42,605 nt of DNA, from contig CAJVPI010000206.1 of the NCBI GenBank assembly GCA_910592345.1, forward strand, positions 1-42,605, written 5' to 3'. The DNA is from Paraglomus brasilianum (Eukaryota). Shown one piece after another: positions 25,100 through 38,401 of this stretch. The translations under genes were made by a program, and so were the position numbers. Below the pieces are notes generated by a model that saw nothing but the letters and a program-made list of their open reading frames with translations, did no database searches and was not told where the DNA came from. Every line of letters starts with the position of its first letter. Position 1 is the first letter of the stretch.

Positions 25100-25930
25100 G
25101 GTCTCAAACCCATTAATGAGCGTAATCTATTTCTTTGGGGCCAAATTTAACCTTTTTACTATTCCTATTATTAACAATATTATCACTGTCATCTATTTCT
25201 TTACTTTCATTTTGTCATATTATAGTTTACGTTTTCTTCTTTTCTTTGCATTAGAAATTTTTTATCGCAGAAGCAACAAGTGTCTTCCCTTTGGCAAGTA
25301 ACTTATAATTTTCAAACGCCATTTGTTAAACAAAAATTTTGGAATGTTTATAATCGTCTCAGAAGTTTCAATATCCGACGAATAAATTTTGTTTGCCGCC
25401 GACAGTTTTGTTATTTGTTGTAACTTTAATGTATTAATTAAGGCACCCGTACTGGGGAGTTGGCCATTATAAATTATAGAACCAAGAATAAAGTCAATTA
25501 ATACAAGCAAGAGACTTGGGAATATGGTTTTGTCAAAATTTAATTCAGTTGCAAATTGTTGAAAAAATATTTCCAAGCAAAAAGTTTGCTGACATATTTT
25601 GATGGCTCAACTGAAAGCAATGAATGGCGGGGAAATAACTGCCAGCGACGTCTTAAAAAGAAAACGCGTACTAATAAGCAATATGTCTCTTTGTCAGAAA
25701 ACGTATGGTAACCATTGACATAACTGCTGCTATTGCCGTGAAGAATTTTAGAATTATGCTGAAATCATGGACTACCAAGTCCTGGTAGAAACGTCAACTG
25801 AATTACTCAATTGCTTGTATTTTTACCAGCAGAAACGAGTTATAAGTATAAATTTAAAAATGTTGCTTGTCCATGACCAATTTATACTGACATTAATAGA
25901 ATAAAATGCCCTCCATTGCTCTGTCGCTCA
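25100..25930 (-). pseudogene. Possible highly decayed fragment of a non-LTR (LINE-like) retroelement ORF C-terminus
   Basis: Broken minus-strand frames read QWRAFYSINVSINWSWT and ...FLFNKWRLKI...*KISNAKKRRKRK, loosely resembling C-termini of Glomeromycotina LINE-like ORFs. No RT core motif is visible. Confidence 0.3.
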
Positions 25931-26283
25931 TCAATATTAAAGCAGCTTTGGATGAGTTTGTCCCGAGTGGTTTGTGAGATGTTGCCTAGTCTAATTTCCT
26001 GCATCTAATGGAAGAAAAAACATAGAGCAAGCTTGAAACTGGGTTTTATCTCTTTTTTTTTAGTTCTCGTTCTTGAAGTTTTACATGTAGAAGTCTTTTT
26101 ATAAGACAACATGTTACTTTTACATCAAATGTTGTTCGTAAGACTAAATTTACATTTACACACTTCATGTTATTATTATGCAGATCTAAATATTTATACA
26201 GTATGTGGCTTGTATATGCAACCCCTGTCGTGGCGTACCTCGTTATTATACATCATAAGTCCCATTCTAATAAGTAAAGCCCG

Positions 26284-27277
26284 ATGTCTACTCAATCGAG
26301 TTCTCAAATTGGTGCCTCATCTATTAATCTTCCATCGTTAAAGCTCATTCCCGTAGAACAGTCCGAAGAAAGCAGTAAACATTTAGGTCATGGTCAATGG
26401 CTGGAATTAGATGAAATCGAATATATTGTTCCTCATACGAACGAAAGGAAAGGTTGGGAAGTATGTAGACGCAAGAAACGCTCGAAACCTACTTCTGATG
26501 CTGTCGATGGTAATTAGTGTATCGCCTTGTACTCGGACAGATTATCAATGCAATTATCATTGACACAATAATACTGTTTGATTAGCGGTCGACCTACATG
26601 CGATTATTCATTCTTCGGCGTCTCCTCCCACTATAGTACTAGTCGTTCAATACCGACCTCCCATAAATTGCTACTGTGTTGAGTTTCCATCAGGTACAAG
26701 AACTCGTCGTTCACATATCTAACACTTTTAATTCAGTCGAAATATTTATTGCTGATTAGTTGTACTAAGGCTTGATCGATCCCGACGAGACTGTGGAACA
26801 AGCAGCACTCAGGGAACTTCGAGAAGAGACAGGATACACTGGAATAGTCAAAAGTGTTTCAGACGCCGTCTGTTATGAACCGGGCTTAACGGATTCCAAA
26901 ACCAAAGTTGTGACTGTGGAAGTGCGTGGGCTACTTAATTGCCTTTTTATATGTTACATAACGTATGAATTCTGATGAGCATTCATTTTCTCAGATAATC
27001 AAGTCATCATCGCCAGGGGAGAATGAACTACAAGAATTGGATGATGACGAATGGAGTTTACATGTTATTCAAGTTCCACTGAATAATTTATTTTCCACGC
27101 TAACAGGTGATAACGTAAATTGGTATGGCATGGTACATATACTTGGTTATTGACTGGTCCTCTATTCAAATAGAGTTGAAGGCTCGGAATCCCTCAACTC
27201 TTTCAATCGATAGTAGACTGTATGCCTACGCACTTGGATTACATACTGCAAGCACACTTCTTTCACCCAGCCAATAG
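26284..27277 (+). CDS. Nudix hydrolase, ADP-ribose pyrophosphatase (NUDT5/Ysa1-like)
   Basis: [40 protein letters not shown] (Nudix box), EPGLTDS and IDSRLYAYALG. Confidence 0.9.
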
Positions 27278-27910
27278 CTGTTACTTTTCGGTATCTAAAA
27301 TTTCGTCTTTTTCATGAAATCCTAAATTCTTCCATTCATCTTTCGCCATTAAACCTCTACGATAGATATCGAACTTATTCATAAATAAATGGGAATAAGG
27401 AAGAACGGAACATAAAGTAAATCGTATACCTCTGCATGCGACATTTTAGATAAGCTTTCGATAAGTGTCTACAGACACCATTATTGGCATTCTTCTGTTT
27501 GAGACACTGAAGATATTCTTTGACTATTTGCTGGCATTCTCCTAATAGCAAAAATATGTTTGTGGGTCACATATAATAAAGCATCATAAGTGAATTTTAT
27601 TGTTTTTCAAACGAAGCTGACCTTCGTGATCTAGTGGAAAACTTCCTCGTTCAGGTGGGGTAGGGACGAAGGTGGTGGTGTTTGGAGGTCGTCCAAAAGA
27701 CATTATAATTATATAGGCGTGTCAGTAGTGTTTAACATCAGCTCATCCCATCGTGACACAATTCCTCCACGTGGGAACACTCAAATCACGTACTTATGTA
27801 GATGATGTTTAATGATCAGCTTTAGGCATGTACCCAATGTATAAAGTCTTTAACGCGATAGGAACACACAATTCGAGTTTGACATTTTCACAAGATTCCC
27901 TGAACTCAAA

Positions 27911-30494
27911 ATGCTCTCGTCAACGACCTTGAAATTCTTATCAGATGGACTCATCTTGTTTGGCTCCCAAATATTATTTTTTGCCTTTGGTTGGATATTT
28001 CTTGTTAAGAAGTTGTTCAAAGACTACGAATCCTCGACGGATTCGCGGTCGGAAACACTAGTGCAAGCCGTTTTTTCTTTGACTTTTAGCAACAGTTGTG
28101 CCTTGTTTGAGTTAATAATATTCGAAATAACAGACGTAATGGAGAGGGAGTAAGTTGTAATGTTTATGAAGGGTTTCTAGTGTGATCAAGCTTTTTTAAT
28201 ACTAATTATGTGCTTCTAGCTCGCGGTGGTTTCATTGGAAGATGACATTGTATATCCTACTAGTGTTGGTCATCATGCTTATTCCATTCTATCAATTGTA
28301 TTTACTGATAACCAACGCACAAAAAAGTTAGTATCGTGTACAGCGCGCTCAGCCATAGTTATCACTTTGTTCGCTTACAAAATTTTCTACATTCGATCCA
28401 ATTCCAGGTCTATCACTTCGTTATTCGTTAACGTTAACGGCAATTTGCTGGTCAATTTACTTTTACTCTTTTTGGCAAGTCGGCGGCCTATTTCCGATTG
28501 AGAAAAATTCTACTTCTGACAAGAGTAAGTATTTTCTCTTGTAGCGAAATACAGTAAAAAATGAGGGACTGATTGTGATACGGATTAATCAAAACGAAAT
28601 AGCACTTTTATCTATTAGACGATATATTGATCCAGTTTGGAATGAGTCGAGTAGGAGTCATTGGGGTTACAATTATGGCCATTTTATCGGGGTTTGGTGC
28701 TGTAAACAGTCCTTATGCTACTATGACGTTCTTTTTGAGGTAAATAATTATACAGTGAGCAAATAGCTTGATATGGATTGGATGGAAGTAACCTTCTTTG
28801 ACAAAACATGATTTAGACAAGTCACACATGCAGATATATTGGCAGCAGAGAAAAAATATCTCCAAACAATGGAACAGATAATAAGCAAGAAGAAGAGAAT
28901 ATTGGTTTCACAATTGAGACAAAAGGCTGGAAACGAGGTTATTTTGAATGTAATTTAACATCATAATCTCAATGCCAATGGAATGATAATATTCTCATTT
29001 TATTAAACTAGCCAAATGGCTCACGGGTTGGAGGTTTCGTGCGAAAAATGTTACATACCGTAGCTAGCGGAATAGGAATCGGAGGAGAAAGTATATTTAG
29101 TTTAACAATTGGATGCTCTGGGATTGCTTCCGCTTCTAATACGCGTCGATTGATATCGAGATTTCCCTTATCTAGGCATCAGCATGCTGAGACAAGAAAT
29201 AGTCGGATTAGAGAATTTGAGTCAACAGCTGTTTCTCGATATTGATGATTTGTATCAAGAAAAGGTGTTCTATTGCTTTTTATGATCCGGTTGACATTGT
29301 TGGTCAAAGCTTTACTTATTTTGTCTTAATCATTTCTAGGATCGCCTTGAGTACTCTAAAACATGGAAGGGAAAATATTTCAATTTTCTCGGATACATAT
29401 TTTCCATTTATTGTATCTACAAAATTGTTATGGTATGTCTTCTTATTTTAACAGCGCATATTTTTTTCTCAACATATTTTCATATTTGTTTCTTGTTGCA
29501 TTTCCACCCGCTATGAATCGAAAAAGGCCACGATAAACATAATCTTTAGTCGCAAAGTCGGAAAAGACCCTATAAGCAATGGATTAGCACTGGCAATCAA
29601 TTACATCAACATTGAGCTAGACGTTAGTTTCTGGTCTCAGCAATTGAGTTTCTTCTTTGTAGGTCTATTGATTATTTTCAGTATTCGTGGATTATTAATT
29701 CAATTACTGAAGGTAATGAACACATAAAATATCATATATACACCGTAAAGTCCGGTTTAACCAAGGTCCAGTTTAACGAAGATGGGTTAGGGTTAGGGTT
29801 TGGCTTTATAACGGCGCCGCCGTACGGCATCGGCGGATCGATACAGTTTATAAGCCTTTTATTCCGGCCGCGGCATTAACGAAGCCAGGCGATGGAATGG
29901 AGCACTTCGTTAAACCGGACTTTACTGTTTGCAATTGTGATTTTGGGAGTGAGGACTGATTCATATCTTTTTTTTTTCTGCTTTAGTTTTTCAGGGCCGT
30001 GTCCAACTCAGTATCCAGAAGCAACATTGTCTTGTTTCTTGCTCAGATAATGGGAATGTATTTTCTAAGTTCAGTGCTTATGATGCGTTTGAACCTTCCC
30101 GATGAATACAGGTAAGACAATTCAAAAACATCGATGTTTTAGCTCATATACAATTTCTTTTTAAACTTTTTGATGCCGATGACTTTTTTTCTCGCTGCCC
30201 GACGTCAGAACCATAATATCTGATGTTTTGGGATCAATAGAATTCAGTTTTTACCACCATTGGTTCGATGTTATCTTCCTAGTTAGTGGTATAGTGAGCA
30301 TGGTATTTTTGTATTTCGTTCATCAAGCAAACAAAAGTAATGCTATGTTGTCGCGCGCTGTAACGTCTCAAGGAGAATTGTCTCCACTCACTGGTGGGAG
30401 TAATGCATCTAACGGTCAGAGGACTGGCTATGATGACCATTATACTACTTCGAGACGAAACGGTGTCAATGGTGGGTTGTATTTCCGAGGATAG
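27911..30494 (+). CDS. GPR89: GPR89/GPHR (Golgi pH regulator, GTG-type) membrane protein
   Basis: [85 protein letters not shown]. Confidence 0.93.
29743..29927. mobile_element. 185-bp pogo/Tc1-mariner-type MITE in a GPR89 intron, carrying an internal telomeric-repeat tract
   Basis: 23-bp TIRs CCGTAAAGTCCGGTTTAACCAAG versus reverse-complement CAGTAAAGTCCGGTTTAACGAAG (2 mismatches). Internal TTAACGAAG sub-terminal repeats, GGGTTAGGGTTAGGGTTT at 29784-29801, and a GC/CpG-rich core unlike the host intron. Confidence 0.85.
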
Positions 30495-31113
30495 GGAAGA
30501 GTATTGTATTAATAGATTAATGGTCGCAGTAATGAAAAGAACTGATAATGTAGCAGACGCATGTATTATATAATTGTATTTCTGCATCAATAAACATTAA
30601 GAAGAGACCGTCGGTTTGGTGAGAAGTCAATTCATGGATCAAGTTAATGTTAGTATCTCTAATGATAATAATAAGCAACAACCAGAAAAGAAGACAACTT
30701 CGGAATTTATTGTCCCAGTCAATCGCGCGTTCAAAAGTAATGGAATATAATTCCCCCAGTAGTGCTATCATTGAACATAGGTAAGCAGACGGGTTTGCAG
30801 ATTAAAGACCGAATTCTCTTCAGTAATTTACAAAATATCGTTGCAAATGATAACGCAATAGGAATTACAAGAGGAAGAAAAAAAGAAAGAAGAGGAAAGA
30901 CAGAAATAGGAATAATTAAATCTACTTTTCCATGAAGCTACACACTCCTACCTGACATAATACAGTGCTCAATAGGTGAAACGCGTAGCAATAGAAATCG
31001 TCTATCATCTATATATTTACGACAATGTGACCTGATCGCATCACAGGCATTCAATTCAGAAAAAATTTTTTTGCCATTAGACGCGGTAAGTTCTTGTGAG
31101 GTATTCAATATTA

Positions 31114-32343
31114 TTACTTTCCGAGAAGAACTACAATATGTAAGAAATTATCCGGATAACATAAATTCTGAGAGGCCTCGACGATAGGTACCGTCAGGGA
31201 CGAAATGACTCCATGAATCACTGGTGCAGCATCGGTGCTACTATCATTTGTTGTGGGCGATGGAAACAAGTCTGGGAGTACCCGATGAAGCACAGCACCC
31301 AACGATAATACCTTCCCTTCAAGTGGAGCGAATTAGGATTCAATTGAAATGGATTATAACTAATATAGAATGCCGCAAGAATGAAACTCACCGTCTTCGC
31401 TCAATGGCGAAATAGGTTCCTGTATGACAGGGCAATTATCAGGCAAATAAATTCGCAGAGGAATGTGCCTAGGTACCTGTCCATCATTCATAACAAGACG
31501 ATAATTTATACTCCAGAAGCGATCGTAGTCTCCTGTGCATTGATACGTAAGAATGGCCTGGTTAAGGTATTGTAACATCTTACGAGAGAGAAGGCTATCT
31601 TCAATAAACTGCGGTTAAAAACTACACGATATGTTTGCATGAGAACATGCAAACCCGTCTGTAGTAAATAGGATACTGGACCACAATCCATCCCAAAGCT
31701 GTACTTGATCATTCTTTGACAGGTTCATTACTTTCTTTGTGCTGCCATTCCTTAGAAAATCCGCTTCTTTGATCATCGACATGAAGAAATCCTGTGTAGC
31801 ATCGATAGCCTGTGCACGGATTAGTTTATCTGCAGGAAAGTTTTTAAAGTGTACGGTTACAGGCCATGGTAAAGGTGGTGGACTATTAGAGTCAGGTCTA
31901 TAGCCAGTGTGCAGATCAAACAACAGCCCTATTGGATAATGCCTTGAAGATAAAAAGACGGTAGAAATCAAGTAAATAATCGGGTAATAATATGATAGAA
32001 AATGGCTGTTATACTTACCACTTCAACGGCGTCCCGTCCACATCATACCAAATCTCTGCGTCGTCTCCAATGAATTGTAACGACAAATCAGTAAAGTATT
32101 TTCTTATTTGACTGGTTAACAACGGGAAATATGAACACCGTGGAGCCTCTATCTACACGTGCAAACAAGAGATCAGGAATGATAACTCTTAACCCTGTAA
32201 CTGGTAAATAGACAGCTTACAAAATATGGTTCTATTATTGTATTTGCGCCCGCTGCGTCAGCTTCCCCAGCGTCAAGAGAAAATTTTATTGGAAGAGCAC
32301 CGTCCCAAATAGCTCTGGTGATAGGATTCTGAGGTGCTGTCAT
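31114..32343 (-). CDS. ATG5: Autophagy protein Atg5
   Basis: IWDGALPI, APRCSYFPLL, PLKWHYPIGLLFDL, LPWPVTVHFKNFP, FFMSMIKEADFLRNG, RHIPLRIYLP, LCYPDNFLHIVV. Confidence 0.96.
31533..31676 (-). other. Candidate U12-type (minor spliceosome) GT-AG intron in ATG5
   Basis: 5' splice site GTATCCTAT, branch-like TACCTTAAC (31561-31569), 3' CAG. Splicing restores WDGLWS-R-DYDRFW. Confidence 0.6.
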
Positions 32344-32568
32344 GTCCACGCCTGCTGTGACAAGCTATGTATTATTACATATCGAGCGGCAGATAAAAAT
32401 AGGCGAAGTAGGGTAAAAGCAGTTTTCTCCGACGGCACATCTTGCCAAAATTGAGCAATCGGTGCAACCATAAACCACAGTGTCTTACTTTACAAGCTTC
32501 TGGGTTTAGTCATAAATCGTTATCATTACGTCGAGTGTTGCTCATACCTGTTAGTTAATTCATGCAGC

Positions 32569-35500
32569 ATGTCGGTGTCGGTCGAAGATATTGAAAAATA
32601 TTTGGCAAACACTCTAAATAATACCTTAAATAGCACCCTAAATTCTTTGGGAAAGAGGAAAGGAACAGACGAGGACGACAGTTTAAATGAAACGAGGAAA
32701 AAGGCTCCACGACTAGAGGAAATCCCAGCAGATGTTATCCTGATTGACGACAAGGAAGAGGAAACTGAACCGGTGATAACTGATAGCAAGATTTTGACCA
32801 GGCCAGTGCTGGAATTACATGACGAACTATGGTTCTGTCAAGCCTCTAGGTATGAAATCTGGAGATTCGAAAGCAACAACAAAAGGCTCTTACAACGGCT
32901 ATATTGTGACCTAGTGAGTAGTTATACTCACTGTCAGCACCTTTACTTATGTTTGTAGAACAATAGCTTGGTCACCACAAGGAATGATTGCTTGGGTTTC
33001 ACATGAAAATAACTCCAAAGGCATTGCTGTAATTAAAGCTCGCAGACAGTCCAGACACGGTAGAAACTATGGCGGTGTCACTGGTTACTCTTTTAATGAG
33101 AAAGAGAATAACCAGACATTACTGGGTACATTGAAGTACTCTGCTAAGCCATCGTTCACTATCCCTACTGAAAAGCATCATAGTAATATCCGTAACATTA
33201 CAAACATAGTATTCAACCAGACCGGCAATTGTCTGGCATCTATTGACAAAGCAGGTGTATTGGTGCTATGGATTATGGAAGATTGTATCAACAATTGGAC
33301 ATGTCTGTGGGAAGATAAATTTGACGAGCCAATTGTGGCTTTCTGTTGGCTTCCTAGTGAACGAGTGGTAAGCAATATGTCATAATATGTAGAGAGTAAG
33401 CTGATTAGGTGCTGTTTGCTTACTAAGAACTAATACAGGGAAATTGTTTTTCTATGGGGTGGGCGTCATTGCTTGCTTTTCTTGACTTTTGATAGTGGGA
33501 AACACGAAAGAATGATCAAGGAGAAATTTCATACAAGAGAGCTGCACTGAGAGGACCTAAAAATGGGTTTGGTAAATTGGCTTTTGTAGTACTCACTTCA
33601 AGCGGAAAAGTAAGAAACTACGACGTATTACGGTCGAATTCAGCAGACTCTGTCCAATAGGTTATTAAAAACTATACTTCTTGTAATTAGATTACCGTGT
33701 GGTATCAGCGTGAGAGAAAGACATTCTTGAAGATAGTTCCCCAAATAACAATGCCGCTGAGCAGTATAAACGCATGGAGTGGGCAAATAAATCGTATATC
33801 GCATGCTGATATTCTTGTAAACAAAGGTAAGATAAACTCTAGTGATTCCTAAGACTTTGAAACGGCTTATGCTGACTTTATGCAAATAATTACACGTACA
33901 TAAGATGGTCGGATTCTATTAATGACTCACAGTGCTAATGCCGTACCGCGAGTTGTAAAAGTTTTTGAACTTGCAATTGATTTACTGCGGCTCAACGTTG
34001 AATGTCTTGTCACAACGACTATTCAACCAACGATAACTGAAAGTGGGGGCGCTATACACGATCCATTTATTCACGTCAAATTGTTACCAGCAACTGAAAA
34101 TAATCCGGATTTCAAAGTTGTTATTGTTTCCAGCGGTAAGGAAAGTGAAGAAGGTTAGTACAGAGCATGAGCAAACAAGCATAATAATGTCAATGAAGTT
34201 TATATCTCTGAGAATCGTGTACAATTTTATCGAGTAGAAGACACAAGTGAACAGAAATATCGAAGTGACTTGTTTGTATACGGAGTATGTGAGAACAGTT
34301 CAGAAGCGCGAGAAACGAGGATGCGAAGTAATAAGGTACGTTATATAGAAAAATGCTGCCTCAAATGATAAAACCAGTTTATAATTGTACACATCTGACA
34401 AGTGTGCCTTCCTAGATAATCAAGCTCTTGGTTCATGAGAATTTTGCACAAAGGTTAATAACCACAATTTGCGAACATGACAATGAACTCCTTTTGGCGT
34501 TCAGCGACGGCTGCACTGAATTTCGAGACTGGTATGCTTTGAACACAATTCATCTTCGACGATTCACACTCAATAAACCGATTAATTTGTCTTTTACAAT
34601 TAAAAAAGCGTATCTTTCAAACCGATTATCTATGAGAGCAACTCTTGCGTCAAAGCTTTTTCGAATAATCGTCTCCCGGCATTAAGTGATTGGTTACATC
34701 GTGGAAGCCGAGGTAATATCATATTGGAATACGCGGTATCTCCTAATAGATCATGGCTTGCTTGTCGATTAGCTTCTGGCAAATTGGAATTCCTTGATAT
34801 TGCTGAATCGGGTCGGTTTAGACAAGCTCTGCGAACTAGCGACGGTGCGACTGTGGTTAATGTTATAGCACATACACTTATTGGTGCTCTCCTGAATAAC
34901 AGAGATCATGCAGACGCTGAGAATATTGTCCGTCGTGCGTCCCGTTTGGAGGAAGGTGAATATAACATAAGAATAATGGGCATACAGAATATCTGTGATG
35001 AGGAATGCAGTACTTACGTTTTGTTCTCTAGATTTTGTGGAACAGGTGTTGACGGAAATGTTCAATCATATTGAAAAGTTGATTCCAAAAAATCTTCATT
35101 ATCTGTATAAATCGGAATTTGCTCATAAACTGCTAGGTGTTCAGATATCACTTCTCAAGTGTCGTGGGAGAGAGAGAATAATTAATGACATTCAATTCAT
35201 AAATACATGGGCCTTGATGCAGTTGTATGGTGTAAATTCGGCTATGCATTGTCGACCGGTTGATACTGACTATTCTAACGGTATTACAGCTTGTTTGCAT
35301 CCAGCAAGTTTTTTGTCGGCAAACTGCTCACATGATTTGTTCAATTCTATAGCTGGTATTCTCGTATACAGGACGTTGGCCGACATGACTGACTGGTTCA
35401 TGGCGTTTACTACTACTATTGTAAAAGATCTTTATGTGTATTTTATGACTGAAGAACCAAACCGCGATATAAGTAAGTTATCATTTATTTATCTTATGAG

Positions 35501-36221
35501 ACTGATATAGATGATAATACTAAGAGGTTTCTTCGATACAAATGGTGTTACTGCAGCTACGGAAAAGTCTCACTTGCCATTGCTGTACAATACAGCAGCA
35601 CGAATGTCCATAAAGAATATAATCACATCTATAAAGGAAGTGAGACGCGACATTGAGAAGTTAGCGAGCGAACATTCAGAAATGTCTCAATTCAGGGATG
35701 TAAAGAAACAACTTGATTTCGGACTCAAGTCAAGCAGTGTCCCTTTTGAAGCCTTTGAGAACCTACTTGACTTAATAACTCCGATAATTAATAGTGGTCT
35801 ATCAGGTAAATATATGACCGCAATAAAGGTCCTAGGCAGTAAAAAAAGCCGGGTTAGTTAATATATAAGACGTCTTGCAAAAATACTAACGTTCGACATC
35901 TTCTTAGGTTTGAACGACGATGAGCGCAGACGCGTAGAGTATTCAGTAGTACTACGAGCTGTTCTTCCGGAATTTCTTCATAAGGACTTGAACGAAATCA
36001 AGGCCATATTTCGTGAGTTTATCAATCAAATTAATCCTGAGAAATTATACTTCTCGGAATTAAACTGGTTACGGCATGCTGATGTCGTTCGGAAGTCAAA
36101 AATAAAAAATAAAACTCGGCCATGTACCCACTACACCCTCGGATCTTGCTGCCGTACTCTTGCGTCATCCGGGTTCGCCGGTTACTGGGTCCGATTAATG
36201 AGCAACGTTAGTTTGAAGTGA
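32569..36221 (+). CDS. MED16: Mediator complex subunit Med16 (Sin4)-like, multi-exon; 3' end uncertain
   Basis: N-terminal beta-propeller motifs (IAWSPQGMIAW, ITNIVFNQTGNCLASIDKAGVLVLW, IVAFCWL, GKLAFVVLTSSG, LAFSDGCTEFRD, VSPNRSWLA), a helical C-terminal half, and DVVRK...TRPCT near the end. Confidence 0.75.
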
Positions 36222-36339
36222 AATTTAGTAGACTTTGCCTGTTGTCAATTCGACGAGAGAGGGCTGGGATAATTGTCAGTGTTGTAAATTCGCTTTTGGG
36301 CATGAGATCGTATTCTTTTTTTATTGGGCTCGTCGGATT

Positions 36340-36368
36340 GATATATATACATATATATATACATATAT
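36340..36368. repeat. Imperfect (AT)n/ATAC microsatellite
   Basis: gatatatatacatatatatatacatatat. Confidence 0.8.
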
Positions 36369-36955
36369 CTCTTTAGCAACAATCCGGGCCTCCGGTTTTG
36401 TTGGTTTTTCTTTTGTGTAATTTCATATAGACAATTTAATGTTAACATACACTCGCTGGACGGATATTTGTCGACAAGGTCATAATAATAAATAATATGG
36501 CAATGCACTAATAGTAATAAAATTTTCTGACAAACTTTATAACAGCAGTCAGAAATTAACGAAATCTCGACTTGATTGCTGTGATGTAATCCATTGCTAA
36601 GCGTTGTCCATAATTGTTAAAGCCCCTCTTCCTCGCTTTTTTCTCAAGGCCATGCGTTATAGTTAGGGATGACACTATGAAAGCATTAAAGCCCAACCAT
36701 TTTTCTACGAGTTTGGTAATAAGAATTGTAGATCAACGCGTAAAGTAACCGAATCCCAAATTTCGAATACAACATTATTCAAGGTACAGTATCAGACAAT
36801 TCAGGATTGATATTTGGTTGTTGTTGTTTTTTTATTGAATAGCAGTAAAGAACGCGAGAAACGTGGTCTCGCGATTATCAAAACCAATTAGCTATTTCGA
36901 AATATTTCTTATTTGGGTGTTTGTGAAAATCATATTCGCACGCGTACAAAGTCCT

Positions 36956-38401
36956 TTATTTGTTCTGTTCCTGATGTATATCCATGTCGTTCATTAAATT
37001 CGTTAATTGAATCTGTTGCTCTCTTTCTTGCCGCAATGCCTGTATTATCAACAGGTTTCGAAACAAAGTCAAGTACACTCTTTAAATTAATTCATACTAT
37101 GTAATGTGATGGCTCCATTCAACAAGAACATACCCGCTCACGTATTAATCTTTCCATTTCAGGTTGATATTCCCTACATAAAATTCAAGAAGGCTGTAAG
37201 CTTAAGCAGAGACTTATAAAGCATAACAGATAAAAGTTCGATATGGCGTACGTTTTGTATTCCTTAACCGCCTCATCAACAGCAGCAAAGAATTCTTCCA
37301 TGCCTTCACCAGTCACAGCCGAAACACCAACCACCTGCCAAATATGATAGTAAAATTGTCGAGGATTAAAAATCTTTAAACGAAATAAAAATCCGGATAT
37401 ATAACTTGCTTACTCTCAGATGTTGATAGAATTCATCAAGAACTAAACTCATCGAGTTCATCAAACTGCTCATATAACTGGTATCATTTTTCAAAGCTTG
37501 CTGAAAAGTTTCAAAATCAGTCATCCATTGGACTGCAAATTCATGAGATACCACATCGATTTTGTTAAACACTAGGACAAACGGGAGTTTGGTCTTGTAC
37601 AAAATGCTGAAAACTGCAGTTAATCGATTTGAAACGAGAAAATTATGTTTACTCGGAAACATACAATAGCACGTACCTGCATGCATACAGCATGTTACTC
37701 ATAAATGTTGCCGGATTTGTGGTTCGGGGTGTGTCTATAATATAGGCTACTGCGCATGGATAAGTAGCCGCTAAGGCATCAGTGATGATTGCTCCTGATG
37801 CTGACCATGTAAAAATCTCTATTTGACCCGGCGTATCCAGGAGTATGTAGCTACCCAACAATAGAAAACGAGTTGAACGAAAAGAATATAACATGAGAAA
37901 ACGGCCGAGTCTTGAATGACTTACTCGAGTGTTGGGGCGCGTTTGGCAATGAGACCTAGCACCTGATCAAACTTCGTCGTAAATAAATTTAAACTAGTCA
38001 GAATTCCTCCATTCGGCCCTAAATTATATCTGGGATTTTGAATGGCTATTAGAGCGACCATAAAATGATATACAAGCCATTTCAATAGCTGCTTACTGTT
38101 TCATTACTTCTTTGTAATTTATTGTGTCACGAATGTCTATATTCGCCGTGAATGGTAAGTGAGTTACTGCCGGGTCGAGATTTATAACATACGGAGGTTT
38201 TCCTTGGCCATGAAGAAACGCGTTGGTCCTCTGCGGAACGAAAGCATCAGGCTCAGTATGAATGCAGGACACTGACGAATGTCTCCTTTACTGCACCTGC
38301 ATAAAGGTCGTCTTGCCCGATCCAGCCATGCCTATACAGAATATAACAGTAGGCTGTTTGTGTGACGGCGGGACACTCGCGGAGGTCGATGTCGAAGCCA
38401 T
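36956..38401 (-). CDS. GPN1: GPN-loop GTPase 1 (Npa3/XAB1)
   Basis: [79 protein letters not shown]. Confidence 0.96.

Noticed and set aside
36853..36873. GC-rich hairpin CGCGAGA/TCTCGCG, a possible Helitron 3' end
   Set aside because: No CTRR terminus at the expected distance on either strand; lies in the likely GPN1 3' UTR region.
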